Source: Toensbergia leucococca (lineage: Eukaryota). From it: DNA of 64,000 nt. Shown piece after piece: positions 13,517 to 26,200 of the stretch. The stretch spans positions 124,001 to 188,000 of the forward strand of contig JALDZS010000005.1 in the NCBI GenBank assembly GCA_022813965.1. Reading direction: 5' to 3'. The notes beneath the pieces are model-generated. The model was not told the DNA's origin. It did no database searches and saw nothing but the letters and a program-made list of their open reading frames with translations. How positions within the stretch are numbered: the stretch's first letter is position 1; the number at the start of each line of letters is the position of its first letter. Both the position numbers and the translations under genes were made by a program.

Positions 13517-14416
13517 GTTGACTGATCTGATATAGTAGTTGGCCAATGGCTAGAAACAATGCACTAGGAGTTACGTCTTTAGTTCAGCCTTATTCGCATA
13601 GATCTGTCAGCGCACTGCTGTTGATATTTCGGCTGAGCTTAACTCACTCAGTGCTGAAATATGTCACAGGTTTCTCAGCTGCAAAACCTGTGAGAGCCGA
13701 CTGATCTGAAATGTGGGTCCTCTGCAGCACGAATTGTTTAGTGGGTGTATTATAACATTGCCGACAACTTGAAGTTCCGAGGCGCCGGGTAATCCCACGC
13801 CTTGGTCTCGAAACGAACAAAGCTTACCCATTTGAGCACTTTAGCGACTCCTTAGTCGAAAGCCTATTTGCTTAGTGCTATCCTTAATTCTAAGCAAGAT
13901 TCTGAGCAATATTGCAGAGCATGAACTATCTATCTTCTGCATGCTCCAGTACCTGATCATAATCATCTAAGATGAGTGAAACGCGCATACTCTATTTCAC
14001 TTCATAGCTAAAGTCTCAGGAGGCGCGTCAATGATGTCAAGTTGCAAAACGCGTAGTTTGCCAAACTTTGATTGGTTGACTTCTTACCGCCCGCAATGAA
14101 CGATTTGCCAAGGTCTTGATCGTTTGACATAATACTCCGTTCTCTGCCCACAATCATGATTCACTGAATTTCAACGGACACCTCGTAACGTGCTCAACAC
14201 CCCATCCTCAACATCATCTACTACGCATGGACTGAGCAGTGTCTCAAGCCGCCACCCTCAAGCCCACCCACTCAGACCATACCTCAACGCTTTCATCAGG
14301 TCTCTGTTTCACCACCGCAAAGACACATGCGTTTTAGAATTCTCAGTTGGGAGCGAGAGCCATACTTCTTTGACTAAGGTCCTTAATTCGGAAGTGAAAA
14401 GGACTCTCCTCCTAAC

Positions 14417-17400
14417 ATGGCTACTGCATCAAGTTCAACAGCACCGGTCGTTACCCCTACAAGCGTGGGCGATGTATTCAACACTGGCGCTGGCAAAGGA
14501 CAAGCCAACGAGGGGGTCTCTCTCACCGCATTTCTTGCCTCTTTGTCTTCTGGCCTTGTCGTCTTTGGCATTCAATTTGTTCTCTTCTTATTTCTCAAGG
14601 ATAAGTTCAACAGAATATAGTAAGTCACATGATGCACTTCGTCGACACCTTTCACTGACGTTTTCGCAGTTTACCTCGCTGCTTTCTCGTGCCGGAGCGT
14701 GAAAGAACGAGATCACCGGAACCAGGCTTCTGGCGATGGATATTGCCTGTATTCGGAACATCCAACACCGACTACATACAAAAATGCGGACTGGACGCTT
14801 ATTTCTTCCTTCGATACCTACGTACTTTAATCAAGATCTTCCTCCCGTTGGCATTCATCATTCTTCCCATTCTCCTGCCTGTAAATCTCGTTCGTGGGAA
14901 AGGATCACACTTCGCAGAGGGTATCTATGCTAACTCCTCCACGTGGAACAATGTCACCGGCTTAGATCAACTTTCGTGGACTAATGTTCCTCCGACCAAG
15001 AACAATCGATTTTGGGCCCAGCTCGTACTAGCCGTTGGAATTGTCGTTTACACCTGTTTCGTGTTCTTCGATGAGCTTAGAGGATACATACGTTTACGGC
15101 AAGCTTACTTGACTTCGCCTCAACATCGGCTACGTGCGTCTGCAACGACTGTGCTAGTCACAGCCATACCCCAGAAATGGTGCACACAAGAGGCGCTTGA
15201 AGGACTTTATGACGTTTTCCCTGGAGGTATCCGTAACATCTTTATTAATCGTAATTACGACGACCTTAGTGACAAGGTAAATATTCGCAATAGCTATGCC
15301 AAAGCATTGGAGGCTGCGGAGACAAAACTCGTCCGAGATGCCAAGAAGGCCCACAAAAAGCAGCTAGGAAAAGAGGCGAATGGAGATGATAACTTCTGGC
15401 ACCGCTATTTAGGTTGCCTCATATCTAAGCGGGAGGAGAAAAAGGAACAACTCCAGAAGAAGCAGGAAAAACAGAAGATATTACAGCAAAGAAAGGCTGC
15501 TATTGATCAAGGCGATGGAATTGGCGATGAAGATGGCGGGATTAGCGTTGGTGACCCGCATCAAGTTCATCACACTATGGACGATGCGCTTCGTGATGCA
15601 ACGAATGATCGAACAGAAGATCAATCTGTCCAAAACTCGCGGAGGAAGATAAATTTGCCTTTTCCTAAATTTGAAGAAGTCGGACATGGTATAGATAATA
15701 TCAGCAAGAATGTCTTCCGACAAGTACGACACGTGGGAAAAGGTATCAATAGTAGACTGGCTACTCAAGGGGATCTTCCTCCAGGGGGACATCAAGAAGG
15801 TACTCCACAAAACGGTGAAGTAGAACTATCGAGAAACTCCAGCCATGAAATCATGCCCTCAGATTATCAGGTAGGCTCTTCGCAAGGCGATGGGGGGAAA
15901 TCCCCAAGAGCATCCAGTCGCGAAAGCCCGACCCCACTTCCAGGCATGGAACAATCTATGCCAGGTGTTATGGACCCATCCTTTGATTCCCAGGCTGACG
16001 GCGAGGTGGACCGTGCGGGGCTTCCTCAGGATGATTTTCGGACCTTCCAAGCTGCGGATCCTTCAAAACCAAAAACCAAATTCTGGACACACAATAAACG
16101 AAAGCGTACTTTTGATATTCCCAGCCCAATGCCACATGGTCAAGAGGAAGATGAGTTTCCTTTGAGCAGTCCAAGCCCGATTATCCCTGGAGCTAACCCA
16201 CAGGCCACCGTCAATGGGCCCGAATCTCAAGGATTACCGAAAACGCAGCAAGCTGGAAAGAAGAAGGGTTGGAATCTTTTTTTCAAAAAACACGAGGACG
16301 ATAGTACAAAGAAAGAAAATTATCCTACTGCTTACAATGAAGGTCACAAGGCGGAAAACGAGAGCCAGCCAGTATGGAAAACTTATTTAGAGAAAAAGGA
16401 TCGCGATTCAATGCGTCTACCTCTTTTTGGTCTTCAATGGCTGCCTTCTCTACCGCTGGTAGGAAAAAAAAAGGACACCATCTACTATTGCCGGGAGCAA
16501 GTGGCTCGTCTGAACGTCGAGATTGAGCAAGATCAAAGTGAGCCGGAGAAGTTCCCGCTTATGAACTCCGCCTTCATACAGTTCAACCATCAAGTCGCCG
16601 CGCACATGGCGTGTCAGGCTGTTAGCCATCATGTGCCAAACCAGATGGCACCTAGGCTTGTTGAGATCGCTCCAGGAGATATAATATGGAACAACATGTC
16701 CATCAAATGGTGGGAATCATATATTCGTACGGGTGCCGTTCTTGTATCGTTCGTCGGGATTCTGATTGGATGGGCGTTCCCTGTCACAGCGACTGGTTTG
16801 ATATCCCAAGTCGGATATCTGACTAGCATCTCCTGGTTGCAATGGCTGGACAAGATTCCTACCTGGATACTAGGCGCTATCCAGGGTATTCTGCCGCAAG
16901 CTCTGTTGTCATTGCTACTGCTCCTTCTGCCTATAATCTTGCGTTTCCTTGCCCAAACTCAAGGCGTACATACCGGAATGGCAGTCGAGCTTGCTGTACA
17001 AAATTACTATTTCTTCTTTTTATTCGTACAGGTCTTTCTTGTTGTCTCGATCTCATCCGGTATTACTACTGTCATCAAGGAAATCTCAGCCAGCCCTCAG
17101 AGTATAGCATCGGTACTAGCATCAAACTTACCAAAAGCCTCTAATTACTTTTTCTCCTACATCTTGCTGCAGGCTCTGTCAGTCAGCGCCGGCGCTCTGC
17201 TTCAAGTTGGAAAGCTTTTTTCCTGGTTCATCTGGGGTCCTCTTACCGACAATACGGCGAGACAGAAATGGCGAAGAATGACGAAGTTACCAACAATGCA
17301 ATGGGGAACATTCTTCCCGTTCTACACAAATCTAGCTGCCATTGGTAGGTTACACGTACCCGTATATAATGATTGACTTTAAGCATGCGGCTGATTGATT

Positions 17401-18451
17401 CCCAGGTTTGATTTACTCTGTTATCTCACCATTAATCCTTGTCTTCCTTACCATCAGCTTCTCGTTGTTCTGGGTTGCCTATCGCTATAATACGCTTTAT
17501 GTGACCCAGTTTCGCTATGACACTGGAGGCCTACTCTATCCTCAAGCGATAAACCAGCTGTTCACAGGCCTATACTTCATGGAGGTCTGCCTGATTGGTC
17601 TCTTTATTCTCGCCCGCGAAGCGGATGCGAAAGGCAATGCAGTAGGGGCACCCTGCAAAATTCAAGCCATCATAATGTTTATCGTCTTTCTGTTGACTGC
17701 ACTTTTTCAATGGCTCATGAACAGTGCATTTGGTCCACTTTTTCGGTATTTGCCAATCACCCTAGAGGACGAGGCTGTGATCCGCGATGAGGAATTTGCT
17801 AGAGCACAGGAGAAAAATTGGAGACTTGGTTGCGATCCAGAAGACGAGGACGTTCACGACGCCCTCGAAGCACGCGAGCGCCAGTCCACTGAAGACAATA
17901 CAGAAGCGGAGAACATTGAGATGGAAGATGTCAGCGACAGTAATAGGCACGGTAAATTAGATCCAAGAAACCTAGGCAAAATTGTCCCAGACGTCGTTAG
18001 CAATCTGGTTCCAGGCAGAGTATCCTGGGCGAGCCGTTCGCAGAAGCGACGCTCTAACAAATGGGCTGATGATTCTCGAAAGCCGGGAACGCCCCAAAAG
18101 ATGGCTCAACGCCGCCATACTACTGACCTAGAATCGCAACGCTCTTTCAAAAATCCCGTCGGTGAAGCGCTATTCTCCGGGCTCAACGACCAACTGGAAG
18201 ATTTGACACCCGATGAACGAGATGTGCTGGTAAAGCAGGCCTTTAAGCATGAAGCTCTGAGAGCAAAGAGACCGTGTATCTGGATCCCGAGAGACCGTCT
18301 CGGCGTCAGCGACGACGAGATCCGCCAGACGCAGCGGTTCTCGGACAACATCTGGATAAGTAATCAACATTGTGCGTTGGATTCCAAAGCCAGGGTGGTC
18401 TACATGCGGAACCCTCCGGATCTTTCGGAAGTGGATTTGGTCGAGTTGTAG
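14417..18451 (+). CDS. CSC1/OSCA/TMEM63-family (former DUF221, RSN1/PHM7-like) membrane channel; introns 14620-14669 and 17345-17405
   Basis: GLDAYFFLRYL, SAFIQFNHQVAAHMACQ, DIIWNNM, YFFFLFVQVFLV, LPKASNYF, DTGGLLYPQAINQLFTGLY, CIWIPRDRLGVS, plus multiple transmembrane segments. Confidence 0.93.
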
Positions 18452-19222
18452 GATTAGCGCTGGGACTTGTGTGTGTGGAGATGACGGCGGACTTGTATCC
18501 GTCGGTTCAGGAGTTCTGGGGAGAGGACGATCGGTCAATCTTGTTAGTTATTGAAGCGTCTTTTAGCGGGGTGTAGGAGCATGGTAGGGACGAGATATCC
18601 AATTTGCTTTCATGGTCTGGTTTAGGGTGTCTGGGTTTCTGGGAATATTTCCGATATCACTAATATGGCTGTACTGTATGGCATTTCTTTAGTAGCCGGG
18701 CCACAATGTCAGGTATCTTGTTCGATGGTCAGAGTGGTCCTCTTTGCCGTTGCGCTGCAACCTTTGGGTGCAGTGTGCATGCCTCAAGTGTAATAACGTC
18801 TACGGTGACACTAAGAAGTGGCTGCCCGTATAACACTGAAAGGGATACTTTCATCTCGTTGCGCCCCAGAGCTTTTTCCAAGTCGTGAGGAATCGGCGAG
18901 TACTCATATGTTCCGAGATGCCCGTTAGCTGGCTGGGTGAAATCACTACTGCCTAGATGGGAGTGTGGGGAGCGAGATGTATTTCTTTGTAGGGGTTTTT
19001 TTTTTCATTGTGTCTTTCCATAAAGAAGCTCTCTCTCTACTCCATCCATGCAAAAATATCGCAGAAGAAGCAATTTGCAGACTTTGACTCCTTATGCAAT
19101 GCACGCTTTCCACCCGCCAAAAAAAATAATTAAAAACAAATTGCGGCTTGTTCTTACATCCTACTCCACTCCACCATGCAAGAGCGAATCTCAAAAAGAA
19201 GTCACAAAAAAAATTCGCCCAT

Positions 19223-20335
19223 CTACTCATACATACGTACATCAAACTCCTCATCCGTACTCAGCGCAACCCCAATACTGCCCCCACCCCAATCCACCGC
19301 GTTCCGCCTCGGCGACGTCGGTGACCTCTGCCCGCCGAGTTGAATAGCTTCGACGCCCCGATCGAGACCGAGCTCGAACATTCGGTCCCCGCCGACGACC
19401 TGCATCGCACCACGCGACGCGAGTATCATCTCGTCGATTGCAGAGTCAATGTCCATTGCGCCGTCGTTGTCGGCGGCGAAGGCGTCGACGATGCGGAGGG
19501 GTGCGATGGAGAAGTCTTGGTCCGTGGTGGGGAGGGCATGGATGCTGTCCATGGATGCTTTGAACGAGGGGAAATCTAGGGTTGGGAAGGTTAGGCCTGG
19601 AGGTGTTGGGGAGTAGATGGTTGGGTCGTCGTCGTCTTCTTCTTCATCTTCTTCTTCGACGACTGGGGAGAGGAAGGTTGACAGTTTGACATTGGAGAGT
19701 TGGACGGTGCGTTTCTCGGCGGCTTTGACTATTTTGTCGAGATAGAGTCCTGGGCGCTTTTGTTTCTGCTTTTGGACTGAAGGCGGAGGCGAGGTGGGTG
19801 AGGGGGCCTCGGTGGATATGCTTGATTGCGGGATGAAGTCTTCGAATCTGGTGTTCTGGACACTGCGCGAAGCGTTATAGCGGCACTGACTAGGAAAGTC
19901 GCATCCGTGTCCGCAGTGTTTGGCGCTGTGGTTAAAACTCGGTCTCTGCCAGTTGGACGCTCTTCGCCACTCGCCCCAGGCCTTCCATCCGGTGTAGTCG
20001 AATTCGCTGGCGCAGGGGATCTGTCTCTTCGCTTTCTTCAATTTTCTATCGTTGGAGGAGCCGGCGCAGAAGTAGTGGCCATCGTGGAGGCATCGTCGAG
20101 TGGCACCAAGGGGATAGCGGGAATGGCAGACGTGGCAGGTCCATATCCATGGTAGGGGTGATAGCGGTACTGTGTCTGATATTGGGGATATCTCCATCGA
20201 GTCGGGCGAGGGTAAGAACTGGCTTAGCGGCGTATTGGGTTCTGGGGTTAGTGGACTGGCGGGAGAAAGTGGACCTGAAGGGATTCGGAGGCTTGAGGGC
20301 TTGAAAGGGGGAAAATGGGTGATAGTTCCGACCAT
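19223..20335 (-). CDS. Fungal hypothetical protein with a Cys/His-rich putative zinc-binding domain
   Basis: 370-aa intronless ORF. WTCHVC...RRCLHDGHYFC...C.SEFDYTGW...C.H.CDFPSQC is flanked by SP/TP-rich disordered sequence. Confidence 0.75.
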   Translation of the reverse strand: MVGTITHFPPFKPSSLRIPSGPLSPASPLTPEPNTPLSQFLPSPDSMEISPISDTVPLSPLPWIWTCHVCHSRYPLGATRRCLHDGHYFCAGSSNDRKLKKAKRQIPCASEFDYTGWKAWGEWRRASNWQRPSFNHSAKHCGHGCDFPSQCRYNASRSVQNTRFEDFIPQSSISTEAPSPTSPPPSVQKQKQKRPGLYLDKIVKAAEKRTVQLSNVKLSTFLSPVVEEEDEEEDDDDPTIYSPTPPGLTFPTLDFPSFKASMDSIHALPTTDQDFSIAPLRIVDAFAADNDGAMDIDSAIDEMILASRGAMQVVGGDRMFELGLDRGVEAIQLGGQRSPTSPRRNAVDWGGGSIGVALSTDEEFDVRMYE

Positions 20336-21618
20336 GATGATGATTGTGTATGTATCAAGGGAGAGTGTTGAATGATATTGACAGCAGACTGAAGATGAAG
20401 CGAAGGGCGAAAGATGAGATGAGAAGGCCGGCTTCTAGAAAACACGAGTGGAATGTACAGAGTGAAGTGTGAAGGTGACTTCGGTTGAACAAAGATGGCG
20501 GCCCTCGATCTAATAGATATGGACTCGGACAAAGAGACATGAAGTACAACGTGGGAAGCATAGGAAACGTGAGATCCTTATTCATGACAAGAAGCTTGTA
20601 CTCAAAGCCCTTTGTATCTTGTCCGTATCGGCTTTCGAAGGACGTGGCGAACACAATAAGAGATAGAGATGAATGACTGTCTCATTGAGGATTTGGAAAA
20701 GCTTTGTTCGAGAGCATAATGATGAGTTAGCATTGACGAACGTCATTGATCAAAGGGAGACGAGCCACAAAGGTTCGTAGGAGCGGTTTCTAGCTGTGTA
20801 TTTGTAGCTCAACGGCTTTAGTAGACCGTCGTAGTGGACCATTTCACATCTTTGGCATATGGTCGTGTGCAAACAGAGACGTGATTCTGAGTCCGACGAC
20901 ATTTTACGGTGGCACATGGTATCGATCAAAGCTACGTTGATTCCGATCATACATACCCTTGCTGAAACTTTTTGGAATTACGAGGTCAGCTAACGGAGGA
21001 ATATGACGGAGATTCAGCAATGCCGCATCGAAATCCGACAGGAATGGTCGATGATGAGTGGAGACAGGTCACAATACAGTGGAGATGCAAAGAGATGCCG
21101 CGAATTGAACACAATTGATTGGTAGAAGCTTATGTTTCCTAGACGTTCAGAAACTCACCAAGAGATGACAGTTCACTGAGGCAAATCAATCATTTTGTCA
21201 TAAGGTAATCACCAAAGCAGCCTTGTCAACAAAATAGCTGATGTGTCGTACAATTAAAGGTGTCGGGCCATTGGACGGACGACGGGTAGGGTGGCGGGCG
21301 AAGGCTAAGGAACCAAAGTGAATAGAATACTTCAACCTCGGCACTCGCTATCCTATCGGAATCCTCGATAAGGCCGGCGAGTAGTCTGTGCTCACATTCC
21401 CCTTTGGGCTGTCCACCTCCAGTGACGTCGACACCTTTGTGCTTCAACCTGCCATCTTCAGAGTGTAACCCTTGCTAACATGACCGCTATGCTGTCATTC
21501 AAGTACCTGGTCTTTGCTTTCATGAAATACACCTTCTCCAAGTCATATATATTTCCTCCTTGAAACAAGCCGTGTAACTACACAGACATTTGAGCATTAT
21601 CTCAACTCCATATTCACC

Positions 21619-22178
21619 ATGTACTTCTCATCTGCTGTCATTTCTACTGCTCTGCTCTGCACTCTCTCCTTACTAGCAGCAGCAGATGTTCAGGTAAGCC
21701 ATCAAATTCAATCTTTCTCTTCCTTTTCCGTCTGAACTGATCATCCACTCAGCTACTCGCTCGCCAAGATTCTTCTTCCTCGGCAATGACATCGATCCTC
21801 CCTTCTGCAACCGGCACCCCCGATAATGCCCAGGCCACCGCGACCTCTACTCAGTCGGCCAGCCGTAGTTCAAACTCGGTCTCTGTAACAAATACAATGT
21901 CTTCAACAAGTGCGGCCACATCATCCTCTGCGAGTGGGCTTGCTGGTGCTGGAGGTGCAGATGGCGGGGTAGGAAATTCAGCTCAGGGAGGCGGAGGACA
22001 GGCTACTGGAAATAGTGCTGTTTCTGTGGCTACATCCGTGTCTACGTCTGCGTCTACATCTATGGCGTCGTCGACAATGAGTGCAGCAGCAGCCAAAGTT
22101 ACTGGGGAAGCAAAGGTATGGGCTTTGGGTGTGGGAGCCGTGGGAGCCATAGGAGCCATAGCAGGCTTGGCATTGTAA
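21619..22178 (+). CDS. Secreted Ser/Thr/Gly-rich, probably GPI-anchored cell-wall protein; intron 21694-21752
   Basis: Signal peptide MYFSSAVISTALLCTLSLLAAA, S/T-rich body and hydrophobic C-terminus WALGVGAVGAIGAIAGLAL. TATA-like CATATATA near 21544. Confidence 0.85.
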
Positions 22179-22363
22179 TTGAAGGATGTGTAATATCGAA
22201 GGTACGACGGAAATGTTTTAAGTAAGAAGAGATATGGAGGGAAGAGATGCCTCGGTTAGCGATTAGATGGGATGATTCTTGCGTGATACTAATTACGTGT
22301 CGGATGGCAGGATAGGACTGCTCTCTGCTCTCATATAAGTCTCTATTCAGTAAATGCGACAAA

Positions 22364-22882
22364 AGATAATTCAGTTGTGTATACTCGTGCAGCGGAAAAT
22401 TTGATGTTTTTCAAATTCGGCGTAGATGCAAAAGAATAATGAAAAATTGGTGATAAAGGCGTAGGTGATATGCAAAAGATGAATGCGATGTTCTTATCTG
22501 TCGCCAACAGCCAACAGCCAATAGAATAGTAGAGCCTCTTTTCAAAGATTAGGCTAGAATAAGCTAAGCCACGCTACGACTCTCACATATTCGAGCATAA
22601 CGTCATGCTTGAAGGCACAACTGGAACGTTTCTATGCTCCCAATTGCATTATCAAGTACTGCGGCTGCTGTACAGAGACTGCAAGGTTCGCAAGGACAAG
22701 GTATTCAATAGGCTCGAATTGACGCACAAAAAGAAAGAGGGAAATGAGGGAACACTTCTTCCTGGGATTTGAGCTTGCTCCTCGGAACTTTATTCCTTCG
22801 ACGTTGCATATGAAGATCCCCTTGGCATTTGCTCCAACCCGATAAACACTCGAGATTGTGTGGGGGAGACGGCTGGGATAAA
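22364..22882. promoter_or_regulatory. Cluster of GATAA (AreA/NIT2-type) sites upstream of the ammonium transporter
   Basis: GATAA/TTATC at about 22364, 22451, 22494, 22649, 22840 and 22877. Confidence 0.55.
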
Positions 22883-23092
22883 TAATCATGACGCCTGGGG
22901 GCACAGCACAAGATCCATCTAATATTTACCTAGATTGACCCTTTCCGTTTCTAATATATACTTGTTCCTCCAGCAGTGTTCCGAAAGGAGCCTACGCTCT
23001 TTGTCCGTACCGGATTTCTATGTACTCACGTGTACAATATATTCTCATCGTACACAAGTTTAGGCATTTTTCAGCCATAAACTGATCCTACC

Positions 23093-24853
23093 ATGTCTTA
23101 CTCATGGGTAGGACCGCCTGTTCCATTCAATGGAACAAATCTGGTCACTGGCGGTGACTCCGGTAAGCCAAACCTCTTCGAATCTCCCACGCCGTGAGCA
23201 CGTGCTCATCACTGAACCTCACCATACACATACCCATGGCAAAAAGTGACTAATCGCAACTTGAAGCCACTGAGAATCTCAATCAATGGTACCAGCCTGG
23301 AGACCAAGCCTACATCCTAGTGGCTTCGGCCATGGTACTCGTCATGATTCCAGGTCTAGGCTTTTTATATTCAGGCCTCGCAAGGAGGAAATCGGCCCTC
23401 AGCATGCTGTTTGCTTGTATGGGCTCCTTTTCCGTCGTCACTTTCCAATGGTATTTCTGGGGATACTCTTTGGCCTTTTCTCCCTCTGGAAAGAGTGGTT
23501 TCTTGGGTGATCTAAAGCACTTTGGTCTTATGAACACACTCGCTGCACCAAGTCCTGGGTCACCGTTGATCCCTGAACTACTTTATGCCTTCTACCAGGT
23601 TTGTCTTAGAAGCGAGACCTGGTCCAAAAACCTAATGCTGATGAATGTGAACAGATGCAATTTGCCGCAACAACGGGTGCCATTGTCTGCGGAGCTGTAG
23701 CTGAGCGCGGCCGCTTGATGCCCTTGATGGTCTTTATTTTCTTCTGGGCTACTCTAGTCTACTGTCCAATAGCTTGCTGGGGTTGGAATAACAACGGATG
23801 GGCACAAAATTACGGCGTCATGGATTATGCCGGTGGAGGGCCTGTCGAGATCGGTTCGGGCATGTCTGCATTGGCCTACTCTCTCGTTCTTGGAAGGCGC
23901 CAGGAAAAAATGATGGTCAACTTCCGTCCACACAACGTATCTCTAATCGTACTTGGGACTGTGTTTCTATGGTTTGGGTGGCTAGGCTTCAATGGTGGAT
24001 CATCGTTCGGTGCCAATCTCAGGGCTGTGATGGCTTGTTGGAACTCGAATCTGACTGCCATGTTTGCTGCTGCTACGTGGACGCTCCTCGATTTTAGGCT
24101 TGCAAGGAAATGGACAATGGTGGGTTGGTGCTCAGGATGTATATCCGGTCTTGTAGCCGCCACGCCTGCATCTGGGTTCATCACTCCTTGGGGCTCCATC
24201 GTCCTCGGCATCGTTACCGGGTTCGTATGCAATTACGCAACAAAAGGTAGGCCTAAATCAGCCGCCCCAAAGATCGACAGCATCTAAACTATCTCCTAGT
24301 AAAATACCTCCTCAAAATCGACGACGCCCTCGACATCTTCGCCGAACACGCTGTTGGCGGCATGTTAGGTCTAATGGCCAACGCCCTCTTCGGCGCAAAC
24401 TACATCATCGGCCTTGACGGCGTCAGCACCGGCATCATCGACGGCGGCTGGGTCAACTCAAACTACAAGCAATTCTACATCCAGCTAGCCTATGTCCTCG
24501 CCGCGACGGGCTACGCTTTCACCATGTCCGCCATCCTCGCCTCCATCATCAACTACATACCTGGCCTGCACTTGCGCGCATCTGAAGAAGCCGAACTGCT
24601 CGGCATGGACGACGACCAGCTGGGTGAATTCGCTTACGATTATGTGGAGGTGAGACGCGATTATCTGGCCTGGACTCCGGGCAATAAGACGGAGCGTAAC
24701 AGCCAGGGCGAGCACGATATTCCCCAGAGCCAACGGTATGGCATATCCGAGCATACGGATATGATAGAGGGCAAGGAGCCGAAAGAGGGTAGCCATGAGC
24801 ATACAGGTGTGGCGGGCGATAGGCACGGCGTGGAGGCTGAGAAACACAAGTAG
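23093..24853 (+). CDS. meaA: Ammonium transporter (Amt/Mep), MeaA/Mep1-type; introns 23163-23266, about 23599-23654, about 24248-24299
   Basis: PGLGFLYSGL, GAVAERGR, DYAGGGPVEI (Glu at the first twin-His position), RPHN, WFGWLGFNGGS, GLVAATP, DDALDIFAEH, EEAELLGMDDDQLGEFAYDYVE. Confidence 0.93.
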
Positions 24854-25169
24854 GAAAAGGTATTTTTGGATTTGGGGGTTTTGTGGGTCAAGGATTTTTA
24901 GTGTGAGAAAGGAATTACTTTTGGCGACTGAGCATACTCGTGCATTCTGTTTTGGGGGCATGACGGAGGCACATTGATTCTGGCCATTGACCACTCACTG
25001 ACTGGGTTTTCGGTTGGACAAATTTGCATGCGTCGTTTTGTTTTCATTTTGGCATGGGATATGACCCGGGATTTCACTAAGGGAACTATTTGCTATATAA
25101 GAGATTGGGCCCATCTTGAATTTGTTTGGTAGACCAAAGGTTTTCTTTTTGAGCTCTATGAGTTATGAC

Positions 25170-26200
25170 ATCTGCCTCACAAAGAGGGGGGGGAAATCTC
25201 GAGTTTCGTTTTTCCCTTTTCTGCCCTTCCTGTACCTACCTCGTCCTCAGTATGAAAATCTAATTTGAAACCCCTTGATTTGCATGTATGTGAGAAAATT
25301 GGAACTCGCTTTGATTTTGGGGATAGGGTTCTGTTTTTCCTTTCCTCGTAGCCCCCCCCTCAACCTCGAGCGGGCGGCGATGTTCTCGGCTTCCTAACTC
25401 CCCTTGGCGGGCTCTTTCATGCCCTTGCCGCTGCTGGGGAATCTTTGGGGGGGCCTCATTTACCTACTCTGAGCTTTAGCCCCGCCCTTCTTCCTTCCGC
25501 ATTCATATTCTTCCACACCCAGCCAAAAAAACCCTCAACCCTTCCCCTTTCGTTCCGCTATACCATCACCACATCCCGTTCCCAGCGGACCCTCCTCCCG
25601 CCCCAACCCATCCAAAAGCACACCAATACTCCATCCACACCCCACTTCGCCCCCCTCTTCCCCCGGCTTCCCAAAAAAAAAGAGGAAAATGTTCCAAAAA
25701 ACCCCCCCAACCAAAAACCTTCACCTCACAGGCCAAAAAAAAAAAAAAAAGATGGGGTGGTTGAATATACACCCAAAAAAAAAGCTAAAAAGTCTATTCT
25801 TACCGACAAAATTTTAAACAAAAAAGGGGAGGGGGGGGGGTGATATATATATGAGATGAAAGATAGACCTATGTGATAAAACAAATTTGTAAAGCGTAAC
25901 CCCTTTAAACTGGACTGACAAGGGATCATGGAGTCCTGTCTGTGGCGTGTTTTTGAGTGAAAAAAGTAGTAAAGGGGATGTAGAGTCAATCAAACACTGG
26001 GCTTACACATCTACCCGAACACGAATACCATACCGTCAACTCCCCCGGGAGATGAGAGGTGGGTGTAAAATCATTAGCTCAGAACGAGGAACCCCAAATC
26101 AGACTAAAGAGCGATAACGTCAGCTTGCCCCCCCCCCTCCCCCTCTCCCTCCAAAAGCAATAGAGAGTGAGGAGAGGGAGAAAGGGGGTTGAGTCAAGTC
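25170..26200. repeat. Homopolymer-rich low-complexity intergenic tract
   Basis: Dense runs of A, C and G (for example an A run at about 25735-25750 and a G run at about 25831-25840) between two convergent genes. Confidence 0.7.

Noticed and set aside
13651..13730. Possible TPP riboswitch (CTGA…TGATCTG near a UTR intron)
   Set aside because: Lacks the CUGAGA and GAUAAU…CCAGCG core, lies on the wrong strand for the gene, and hexokinase is not a thiamine gene.
1..24853. Putative nitrogen-metabolism cluster (GDH2, ADE2, ammonium transporter)
   Set aside because: The genes are interspersed with unrelated housekeeping genes, and there is no evidence of co-regulation beyond proximity.
25445..25989. 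Lys/Pro- and Phe/Gly-rich ORFs in the homopolymer tract
   Set aside because: By-products of low-complexity sequence.
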